Source: Pseudonocardiaceae bacterium (GTDB lineage Bacteria > Actinomycetota > Actinomycetes > Mycobacteriales > Pseudonocardiaceae). Taken from it: a stretch of DNA of 35,861 nt. The translations under genes and the position numbers were made by a program. Of this stretch, positions 8,601-18,601 are shown one piece after another. The notes below the pieces were generated by a model. The model saw only the letters and a list, made by a program, of their open reading frames with translations, was not told the DNA's origin and searched no databases. The stretch is taken from NCBI GenBank assembly GCA_046263115.1, contig JBHELN010000112.1:1-35861 (forward strand), read 5' to 3'. Within the stretch, counting starts at the first letter, position 1, and each line of letters opens with the position of its first letter.

Positions 8601-8665
8601 GAGGCGCGACTCACCGGGCACGACGACGCGACACACCGGGCATGAAGGCGCGACACACCGGCGGA
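8601..8665. repeat. Three tandem 21/22-bp units of the GGCGCGAC(T/A)CACCGGGCA family
   Basis: GAGGCGCGACTCACCGGGCAC (8601..8621), GACGACGCGACACACCGGGCAT (8622..8643), GAAGGCGCGACACACCGGCGGA (8644..8665). A decayed partial copy lies at 8578..8600. The array ends 8 nt from the secA stop codon (8674..8676). Confidence 0.85.
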
Positions 8666-8673
8666 GGGAGCGG

Positions 8674-11475
<2,802 letters not shown>

Positions 11476-11595
11476 CTGGGGGACCTCACTCGTATCGGGA
11501 CACTCGCATCAGGGCGCGGGTCGGGTCTGCGCGCCATGGTATGCCCAGCACCGGCTGTGACGTTATCAGTGCAGGTCAGGTCCGGCCGGTCAACC

Positions 11596-11664
11596 ACATG
11601 ATCGCCGTCTGCGTGCGCTACGCGACACCTGATGCCGTCCCGGGCACCCAGACGGCGATCATGT
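11596..11664 (-). terminator. Perfect 16-bp inverted repeat (stem-loop) 13 nt downstream of the hpf stop
   Basis: ACATGATCGCCGTCTG (11596..11611) is the exact reverse complement of CAGACGGCGATCATGT (11649..11664), with a 37-nt loop. There is no U-tract, so it would be an I-shaped actinobacterial-type terminator or an RNA-stability hairpin. Confidence 0.45.
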
Positions 11665-11676
11665 TATGCAACGGTC

Positions 11677-12351
11677 TCAGACGAGCTGGATCACGCCGTA
11701 GTCGAAGCCGTGCCGGCGGTACACCACGCTGGGCAGCCCGGAGTCGGCGTCGGAGAACAGGTAGAAGTCGTGGCCCACGAGCTCCATCTCGTAGAGCGCC
11801 TCGTCGATGGTCATGGGTTTGGCAGAGTGCCGCTTACGCCTGACGATGCGACCTGGTTCGCCTACGTCCGGTGACTCCCACCGCTGGGTGGGCACTTCGT
11901 AGTCGACCTGGGGGTCGGGCTCCTCGAGCAGCTCCATCTGCTGGCGATGGCCGTTGGTCTGCTCTCTGGTGTCGGTGATGGTGGGAGCAAGGGTGGCCGC
12001 CAGCGGCGCGGTTGCCTCAGCGACGGAGGTGGGGTGGCGGCGCCCATAATGGACCTTGTGGCGGTCTGCGACCCGGCGTAGCCGATTGTCCAGCTTGCTC
12101 ACCGCGGCGTCCAGCGCGGCGTAGAAATCCGAACCGCATGCTTCTGCGCGGACGACCTGCCCGCGGCACCGACCGGTGATCTCCACCCGCTGGCAGCTCT
12201 TGGACTGCCGGGGGTTGCGTTCGTGGAACAACTCGACGTCGTAGTGGACAGCTTTCTGGTCATACCGTTCGACGCGTGCGAGCTTCTCGGTAACGTGCAC
12301 CCGGTAATGATCCGGAACCTCGACGTTACGACCCTTCACGACAATATTCAC
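11677..12351 (-). CDS. hpf: ribosome hibernation-promoting factor (long HPF)
   Basis: 224 aa. N-terminal RaiA/HPF fold (MNIVVKGRNVEVPDHYR..., YAALDAAVSKLDNRLRR) and C-terminal dimerisation domain (MTIDEALYEMELVGHDFYLF). GTG start with SD GAGGAGG 7 nt upstream. Confidence 0.92.
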   Translation of the reverse strand: MNIVVKGRNVEVPDHYRVHVTEKLARVERYDQKAVHYDVELFHERNPRQSKSCQRVEITGRCRGQVVRAEACGSDFYAALDAAVSKLDNRLRRVADRHKVHYGRRHPTSVAEATAPLAATLAPTITDTREQTNGHRQQMELLEEPDPQVDYEVPTQRWESPDVGEPGRIVRRKRHSAKPMTIDEALYEMELVGHDFYLFSDADSGLPSVVYRRHGFDYGVIQLV

Positions 12352-12627
12352 AGGGCGACCTCCTCGCGTTGTCCAATAGGGACTTCGTCGACGCCGAAGG
12401 CACGGCAGTGATCGCTACATGTCATGCTTGGGCGGCAGCAGCTCGGGGCCGCCCGCGATGATCACTCGACCGCCGGCGTCAGGACCATGGCTTTCTCGCC
12501 TCCTCCCGAACGGGCAGCGATGCTGATGCCCGGACGGTAGTACCCCGGCCGGGCTATCGCCAGAGCTTGTCGGCCCCCAGTCCCACGGTCAACGCTGTGG
12601 TTGGTATCACAGCGCCGATGCTCACGA

Positions 12628-13392
12628 CTATTTGTGACAACCGGCCGCAGCGAGAACCACAATGGCGGATACCGCAGTACCCGTCCGGACCAGTGCCGCC
12701 GTGCATGCCGCAGCGGTCGCTCCGGTCGTCACCACATCGTCGACGAGCACGACGGGTGTGCCGGCCGGCGGCAAGCCGGCCCGCCGCGTCAGTACCCGCC
12801 CGGCCAGATTGGCTCGCCGAGCCGCCGCCGCCAGCCCCACGGAGTCGCGCACCCCAACGCCCATCCGCAACGCCGGCGCAACCGCTGCGGCTACCCCGGC
12901 GCCCGCCAGCGCCGCCGCGGCCCGCCGCGCCAGCAACTCCACATGCTGCCCCCCGCGCCGCCCCGCCGCCGCAGGTGTCGACGGCACGGGCACCATCCAC
13001 ACCTCGTTCCCGATCTCATTCCCGACAGGCAGACATATCGGACTTCTGTGTTCTACCCCGATGTGTCTCCCTGCCGGGGAGTGACCGACTTGGGGGTGGA
13101 GCAGGGCGGACGCGAGCGCGGTACCCAGTGGGGCAGCGAGGTCGCGGCGGCCTCGTTCCTTGTAGGCCAGGACCGCGGCGCGTAGGGGGCCGTGGTAGGT
13201 GCCTAGTGCGTATACCGGTGGCGTGGCCGGGCAGCAGGGCGGATGTACCAGTACCGGCGTGCCCAGCAGTGCTTCACAATCGCCGCACAGCACGGCGCCG
13301 GCCGCGCCGCAGCAACCGCAGTCGACGGGCAGCAGCAGATCCAGCAAGTGGCTCAACACCTCGCCAAGCTTGCCCGTTGCCCGTCGCGTCAC
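12628..13392 (-). CDS. ComF family protein (phosphoribosyltransferase domain)
   Basis: 254 aa. N-terminal Cys cluster PVDCGCCG...CGDC and PRTase PRPP loop VVLVDDVVTTGATAAA. GTG start at 13392. Confidence 0.85.
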   Translation of the reverse strand: MTRRATGKLGEVLSHLLDLLLPVDCGCCGAAGAVLCGDCEALLGTPVLVHPPCCPATPPVYALGTYHGPLRAAVLAYKERGRRDLAAPLGTALASALLHPQVGHSPAGRHIGVEHRSPICLPVGNEIGNEVWMVPVPSTPAAAGRRGGQHVELLARRAAAALAGAGVAAAVAPALRMGVGVRDSVGLAAAARRANLAGRVLTRRAGLPPAGTPVVLVDDVVTTGATAAACTAALVRTGTAVSAIVVLAAAGCHK

Positions 13393-13402
13393 TGGTCACA
13401 AC

Positions 13403-13440
13403 GGCCTGGCTGAGGCGCAGTTGTGCACATCGGCCAGGCC
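13403..13440 (-). terminator. intercistronic hairpin between lpqB and comF
   Basis: GGCCTGGC (13403..13410) pairs with GCCAGGCC (13433..13440) and is extendable by G-U and G-C pairs. It lies 39 nt after the lpqB stop and 11 nt before the comF start. Function (attenuator, processing site or terminator) is not determinable from sequence. Confidence 0.3.
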
Positions 13441-13478
13441 ATCCCCAACCCGCCCAAAACCGTGGTTGCGCCGGTGGT

Positions 13479-15194
13479 TCAGCCCGGGTACAGCGGTACC
13501 GACCCCGGTCCGATGCCGCCGATCAGCGGTTCCCATACCTCCTGGGTGTCCGAATATGCCCAGAGGCCGGTGGCATCCGCGACCAGGATCTCGCGGCCGG
13601 GCGCGGCGACGATGTCGGTCAGCGGGCCGGTCAGGTTGGTGCTGGATAGTTGCCGCCGGGTCAGGCCGTCGACGGACACCGAGACGACCTGCGGGGACGG
13701 TCCGGCCGAGGCCACGACGAGGAGCTCAGGACGCGCCCAGTCCACGCTCGCGGTGGGCGGCAGGTTGCCGTCCCGCAGCACCTGCGGGTGGCGCAAGCTC
13801 ACCGTGCCGGACTCGGTCACCACAGCAGCCACCACCAGCCGGCCATCGATCACCGCGGCCACCCGCACGCCGTCCCGGGACAACCGCAGCTGCGAGATGG
13901 ATCCCAACCGGGCCAGTTCGGTGGCATCAACCGAGTACGCCAACGGCGGCCCGGTTCCCGACAGCGCCACACCCACGACGGAGCGCCCGTTGAGCACCGT
14001 CCACAGTTCGGTACCCGAGGGCCGCCAGGTCGGCCGGCTCATGGTCAATGCCTCCACGGGCGCCACCGCGAGATCTCCGTCGACCGGGCCCACCCGCAGT
14101 TGGGGGTGCCCGTCCGGGCCGGCGACAACAACTGCCAGCAGCTCGCCGCCCGGGTTCGAGCGAGCCGCGCTGAGCACCGTGAGCCCACCATCTCCGGCAG
14201 GTCCCGGCGCCGGCGCACCATTGAGGCCGCGTAACCGTCCACCGACGACGACCTGGCCGGGGACGTCGGATCGCGGCCCCGTCGGCGGGGCAACGGAGGT
14301 GATGTCGGCAGGCCGCCACTCGGCCTGCCCGGCCACCAGCGGCTCCCCGTCGGCGAGTAACCGCAGCGGGCTGGGAACCAGGCCGTCTAAGGAGCCGACG
14401 ATTTGCGCGGCGACCAGCCGCCGTTGGGCTTCAGTGAGCGCATCCAGACCACTGAGGTTGATCACGGTCCGACCGGAGCGGCTGACCAGCACGTTGGATC
14501 GGGGACGGACCCCGTCCGGGATCGCCGACCGGACCGCCCCAGCCAGCCGTTGAGAGGGCCCAGCCAGCAGCAGATCCAATACCCGCCCGGGCAGCGTGGC
14601 CGCCGGTTGGGCAGGCACCCAGCGCAAATCGGGAACCAGGGTGCCGCGATTCGGATCGACGAAGCTGACCCGGACCTGGCGATAGTTGCGCTGCAAGGAG
14701 GTGGCCTCCACCAGCACGCCAGGCGGAGGATTTGAGATGCGCCATTCGCCGTGCTCGCTGACCACGTCAAGGGGCACGGAGAAGGTCCCCGCCGCGGGTA
14801 TGAAGCTGCCGTCTGCGGTGAGAGTGCCCAGCCGCGAGCCGCTCACCCGGATGCGCCGGACCCCGTCGCTGGGACCGCTCTGCGGCGCAGCGCCCGGGGC
14901 GTCCTCTATCACGGTCACGCTCGCGTGATCGTCCCAGCCGGCTGCGGCGTTGCGGGTCAGGAAAGCGCGGGCGGCGGCGTGCCCGTCCGCCGCGCTACCG
15001 GTCGCTTCGATGAATTCCCGGACCAGCCGGAACGGGTCCACACCGAGCTCGGGACCAGGCGGGGGTGCCAGCTGCGAACCAACCGGCATCGACCGCACCA
15101 CCTCGATGTCGGAACTCGCCGGGATAGCGGCACAGCCGGCCAGCGCGGCAATCCCGGCGACGATCAGGATGGTGAGCAAGCGCCCGCGCATCAC
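13479..15194 (-). CDS. lpqB: lipoprotein LpqB (MtrAB-associated)
   Basis: 571 aa. Signal peptide with lipobox IAALAG-C. Syntenic position immediately after mtrB. Start (GTG 15194 or ATG 15191) overlaps the mtrB TGA (15193..15191). Confidence 0.9.
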   Translation of the reverse strand: MMRGRLLTILIVAGIAALAGCAAIPASSDIEVVRSMPVGSQLAPPPGPELGVDPFRLVREFIEATGSAADGHAAARAFLTRNAAAGWDDHASVTVIEDAPGAAPQSGPSDGVRRIRVSGSRLGTLTADGSFIPAAGTFSVPLDVVSEHGEWRISNPPPGVLVEATSLQRNYRQVRVSFVDPNRGTLVPDLRWVPAQPAATLPGRVLDLLLAGPSQRLAGAVRSAIPDGVRPRSNVLVSRSGRTVINLSGLDALTEAQRRLVAAQIVGSLDGLVPSPLRLLADGEPLVAGQAEWRPADITSVAPPTGPRSDVPGQVVVGGRLRGLNGAPAPGPAGDGGLTVLSAARSNPGGELLAVVVAGPDGHPQLRVGPVDGDLAVAPVEALTMSRPTWRPSGTELWTVLNGRSVVGVALSGTGPPLAYSVDATELARLGSISQLRLSRDGVRVAAVIDGRLVVAAVVTESGTVSLRHPQVLRDGNLPPTASVDWARPELLVVASAGPSPQVVSVSVDGLTRRQLSSTNLTGPLTDIVAAPGREILVADATGLWAYSDTQEVWEPLIGGIGPGSVPLYPG

Positions 15195-17014
15195 GGACGT
15201 CCCGGCTCAGCTGGCACCGCGGTGTCCGCTACAACCGGATCCGCTAACGCGGTGTCGGGCACCTCGGGATATACGAGCACCGGATCCGCCACTTCGGGAT
15301 CCGCCATTTCGGGATCCCGGAGTTCGGGATTCGCCACCATAGAATCCGCTACTACCGGATCTGTTACGGCGGAATTGCGAGGTAGATCGTCGGGTCCCAG
15401 CGGCAACGGGCTGCTCGTCAGCTCGTCGCCGTGGCTGCGGGGCAGGGTGAGCCGGAAGGCGCTGCCCTGCCCGGGTGCGCCCCAGGCCTGCAGCCAGCCC
15501 CCGTGGAGCCGGGCGTCTTCCAAGCTGATCGACAGGCCCAGCCCGGTGCCACCGGTGCGCCGGTCACGCGAGGGGTCGCCGCGCCAGAACCGGTTGAACA
15601 CCAGGTCAAGCTGACCCGGCTGGAGCCCGACGCCATGATCGCGCACCAGCACGGCGACAGCGTGGGAGTCCGCGGCGACCGTCAACTGGACCGGGCGCCC
15701 CTCCCCGTGGTCCAAAGCGTTGGTGAGCAGGTTACGCACGATCCGCTCGACGCGCCGCGGGTCGATCTCGGCGTGCACCTCGTCAGCGGGCTGCTCCAAC
15801 TCGAGCGGGGAGCCGGCGCGGTCGGCCACCGCGCGAACCGAGGCCACCGCACGGGCCACGGTCGTGCGCACATCGACCGTATCGATCTGTAGCTCGGCGA
15901 CGCCGGCGTCCACCCGGGAGATTTCCAGCAGGTCGGCCAGTAGCGCCTCGAACCGGTCCAGTTCCCGCACCAGCAACTCAGTCGGGCGGTGCAGCACCGG
16001 GTGCAGCTTGTCGCGCGAGTCATACAGCAGATCCGCAGCCATCCGCACGGTGGTCAACGGGGTGCGCAGCTCATGGGAGACGTCAGACGTGAAGCCCCGC
16101 TGCAGCTCACCAAACTCCTCGAGCTGATGGATCTGCCGCTGGATGCTGGCGGCCATCTCGTTGAACGAGGTCCCCAGCCGGGCGATGTCGTCCTCGCCGA
16201 CCACTGGCATCCGCTCATCGAGGTGGCCATCGGCGAAGCGTTCGGCAACCTCGGCGGCCTGCCGAATCGGAACCACCACCTGGCGGGTCACCAGGCTGGC
16301 GATGCCCGCGATCAGCACAAGTAAGACCACGCCACCGACCACCAGCGTGGACTGCACCAGTGTCAACGTGCGTTGTTCGGCGGTGAGCGGGAACAGCAGG
16401 TAGAGCTGCATGGTGCGACCCGCGCTGGCCACCGGCATGCCTACGACCAGCATGGTCACCGCAGCCGTGCCCCGGTGCACTGTGGTGATCTTGTGGGCTA
16501 GTGCGCCACGTTCCACCGCGGACTGCAGGACGGCTGGAACGTCGTCCAGCGGACCGATCTTCTGACCGGTACCGGCCTCCCCGGACGGCCCGCCGCCGTC
16601 CACCAGCACCGGTTCGTAGGCGCCGGCGCTGGCCGTGGCGGGACCGGTACCGGTCGGGTCTGGGTTGGTCAACCGATCGATGGCAGTGGTCAGCCGGCCC
16701 GCCAGCGACGCCGACGTGGGATCTACCGCGCCGAGCTCGGATTCCACCAGCACCCTGCTGTTGTCGGCCTGCAACAGCGCGGCCTGCGTCTTGTTCTCGA
16801 TCAGCCGCTGGGCGAGCTGCGCCTGCAACACCATGCCCAGCACCAGCACGACCGTCGACGACAACGCCACGGTGCTGCTCACCACTCGGATCTTCAACGA
16901 GCGGCGCCACGCCGTGCCCGCCGCGGTGGTTAGCTCGCTGGCCACCGCGGAGGCATCGGTCGCCCGTTCGGCGAGCGCAGTCACCGTGGACTGACCCCGC
17001 AACCGGGGACTCAC
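15191..17014 (-). CDS. mtrB: sensor histidine kinase MtrB
   Basis: ORF 15191..17230 trimmed to GTG 17014, which is 13 nt after the mtrA stop with GAGGA upstream. Two TM segments, a HAMP domain, H-box SDVSHELRTPLTTV, N-box RNLLTNALDH, G1 VRDHGVGL and G2 GGTGLGLSI. Confidence 0.9.
   Translation of the reverse strand: MSPRLRGQSTVTALAERATDASAVASELTTAAGTAWRRSLKIRVVSSTVALSSTVVLVLGMVLQAQLAQRLIENKTQAALLQADNSRVLVESELGAVDPTSASLAGRLTTAIDRLTNPDPTGTGPATASAGAYEPVLVDGGGPSGEAGTGQKIGPLDDVPAVLQSAVERGALAHKITTVHRGTAAVTMLVVGMPVASAGRTMQLYLLFPLTAEQRTLTLVQSTLVVGGVVLLVLIAGIASLVTRQVVVPIRQAAEVAERFADGHLDERMPVVGEDDIARLGTSFNEMAASIQRQIHQLEEFGELQRGFTSDVSHELRTPLTTVRMAADLLYDSRDKLHPVLHRPTELLVRELDRFEALLADLLEISRVDAGVAELQIDTVDVRTTVARAVASVRAVADRAGSPLELEQPADEVHAEIDPRRVERIVRNLLTNALDHGEGRPVQLTVAADSHAVAVLVRDHGVGLQPGQLDLVFNRFWRGDPSRDRRTGGTGLGLSISLEDARLHGGWLQAWGAPGQGSAFRLTLPRSHGDELTSSPLPLGPDDLPRNSAVTDPVVADSMVANPELRDPEMADPEVADPVLVYPEVPDTALADPVVADTAVPAEPGRP
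15222..15371. repeat. About 10 tandem 15-bp units inside the mtrB 3' end, encoding pentapeptide repeats (x-A-D-P-E/V)
   Basis: GGAT/GAAT/GTGT phase markers sit at 15222, 15237, 15252, 15267, 15282, 15297, 15312, 15327, 15342 and 15357 (exact 15-bp period). Translation: VTDPV VADSM VANPE LRDPE MADPE VADPV LVYPE VPDTA LADPV VADTA. Confidence 0.8.
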
Positions 17015-17027
17015 AACGGTGCGGTCC

Positions 17028-17714
17028 TCACGGTGTGTTCGCCTTGTATCCGACGCCGCGCACGGTGAGCACCACCTCCGGGTGCTCGGGATCCCGCTCG
17101 ATCTTGGAACGAAGCCGCTGGACGTGCACGTTGACCAATCGGGTGTCCGCGGCGTGCCGGTAACCCCAGACCTGCTCGAGCAACACTTCCCGGGTGAACA
17201 CCTGGCGCGGCTTGCGGGCCAACGCGACAAGCAGATCGAACTCCAGCGGAGTCAGCGCGATCGGCGTCCCGTCGCGGGTGACCTGGTGACCGGGCACGTC
17301 AATGGTGAGGTCGCCGATCGCGAGTTGCTCAGCAGGCTCGGCCTCGGTGCGGCGCAACCGGGCGCGCAGTCTCGCGACCAGCTCCTGGGTCTTGGGCGGC
17401 TTTATCATGTAGTCGTCCGCACCGGATTCCAGTCCCAGCACCACGTCGACGGTGTCGCTCTTGGCGGTGAGCATCACGATCGGGACACCGGATTCGGCGC
17501 GGATCGCTTTGCAGACGTCGATGCCGCTCATCCCTGGCAACATCAAGTCCAGCAAGACCAGGTCTGGCTTGAGCTCGCGCATCGCAGGCATCGCCTTGGG
17601 GCCCTCGGAGACTACCGCGGTCTCAAATCCTGCTTGGCGTAACGCGATGGCCAACATCTCCGCCGCCGCCGGGTCGTCCTCTACCACGAGCACACGAGCT
17701 GCCATACCCACCAT
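17028..17714 (-). CDS. mtrA: OmpR-family response regulator MtrA
   Basis: ORF 17028..17831 trimmed to ATG 17714, giving 228 aa as I recall for mycobacterial MtrA. VLVVEDD, DLVLLDLMLPGMSG, MLTAK, LTPLEFDLLVALARKPRQVFTREVLLEQVWGY and VRGVGYK. Confidence 0.93.
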   Translation of the reverse strand: MVGMAARVLVVEDDPAAAEMLAIALRQAGFETAVVSEGPKAMPAMRELKPDLVLLDLMLPGMSGIDVCKAIRAESGVPIVMLTAKSDTVDVVLGLESGADDYMIKPPKTQELVARLRARLRRTEAEPAEQLAIGDLTIDVPGHQVTRDGTPIALTPLEFDLLVALARKPRQVFTREVLLEQVWGYRHAADTRLVNVHVQRLRSKIERDPEHPEVVLTVRGVGYKANTP

Positions 17715-17764
17715 CGTGGCACTGTCCGTCACGGTCCCCCCGTTCGGGCGGCTCACCCGTCGGC

Positions 17765-18406
17765 TTATCCACGCAGCAGCCGGCGCGCCAGATCGCCGAG
17801 CCCGCCGGTGTCTGCGTCTATCACATACCACGGGGCAAGCCAGCCACTGGCGGCCAGCCCGTCATAGACCGCCGCGCACCGAGCCTGTAGTCCATGATCG
17901 CTTTCATACCGGTCTTTTCGCCGTGCGCTGTCGGCCGCAGCCCGGTAGTCGGCCCGGGCCGAAGCGACGTTCACCGGCACCCGCAGCAGCAACTGGGTAT
18001 CGGGCACCGGCACACCGAACCGACCCACCTCCAGATCTCGGATCCACTCGACGAAGGGGCCCTCGGCGTCTTCGTGTAGCCGGGCGGCGCCGTATGCCGC
18101 GTTAGACGCGACGTATCGGTCCAGCAGCACGACGTCGTAGCGGCGCCGCAAAGAACGCAGTTCCTCAGCGGCATCCCGTCGGTCCAGCGCGAACAGCACC
18201 GCCATGCCATGCACCGACTCGACCAGGTCGCCCAGCCGCCCGTAAAGCGCATCCCGAATCAGATCGGCGTGGACGTCGGTGTCGTAACGGGGAAACGCCA
18301 TCTTGGCGACCTTCGCTCCCGGCGCGGTGAGCGCGGCGACCAGTCTGTCGGCGAGGGTGCGTTTACCCGCCCCGTCGAGCCCCTCAATCACCACCAGCCG
18401 CCCCAC
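17765..18406 (-). CDS. tmk: dTMP (thymidylate) kinase
   Basis: ORF 17765..18577 trimmed to GTG 18406, the only start codon close to the P-loop. VVIEGLDGAGKRT, FPRY and LDRYVASNAAY. Resulting length of 213 aa is similar to mycobacterial Tmk. Confidence 0.88.
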   Translation of the reverse strand: MGRLVVIEGLDGAGKRTLADRLVAALTAPGAKVAKMAFPRYDTDVHADLIRDALYGRLGDLVESVHGMAVLFALDRRDAAEELRSLRRRYDVVLLDRYVASNAAYGAARLHEDAEGPFVEWIRDLEVGRFGVPVPDTQLLLRVPVNVASARADYRAAADSARRKDRYESDHGLQARCAAVYDGLAASGWLAPWYVIDADTGGLGDLARRLLRG

Positions 18407-18535
18407 AACGGCACACGCTATCCCGGGCGGAATTCGAGAGTTCCGGTGACGACCGGCAGCCACAGGGAAGCGGGCAACTGGTCGCCGGTAGCGACCGTGA
18501 TGCTCGGCTTGAGCGGATCGGGAAGGATTTCCGCC

Positions 18536-18601
18536 GGTTCGCGACTCACCGGCAGGAGGGCGCGACTCACCGAGCACGAGGGCGCGACACGCCGGGGGTT
18601 A
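18536..18601. repeat. Three tandem 22-bp units of the GGGCGCGACTCACCG(A/G)GCA family
   Basis: GGTTCGCGACTCACCGGCAGGA (18536..18557), GGGCGCGACTCACCGAGCACGA (18558..18579), GGGCGCGACACGCCGGGGGTTA (18580..18601). The last unit contains the TAA stop of the biotin carboxylase gene. 18559..18577 matches 8603..8621 at 18/19 positions. Confidence 0.85.

Noticed and set aside
12352-12627. 276-bp gap upstream of hpf examined for a small ORF (12462..12662) or riboswitch-like structure. Small stems are present (GGGCGGC/GCCGCCC at 12430..12455; the CCCGGCCGGG palindrome at 12544..12553).
   Set aside because: The 66-aa ORF starts inside comF, has no SD and an implausible composition. The stems are short and I recognise no known riboswitch consensus.
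12567-14553. 360-aa and 376-aa + strand ORFs (12567..13649, 13423..14553)
   Set aside because: They are antisense to comF and lpqB. Pro/Arg/Ala/Ser-rich junk translations, and the minus-strand frames carry the family motifs and a lipobox.
17745-17764. Solo degenerate repeat-like sequences abutting stop codons: GGGCGGCTCACCCGTCGGC before the tmk stop (17765), and GCCGGTGAGACGAAG right after the trmH-like stop (7872..7886)
   Set aside because: They are single copies with several mismatches or indels to the family consensus. Without a profile search they are indistinguishable from chance.
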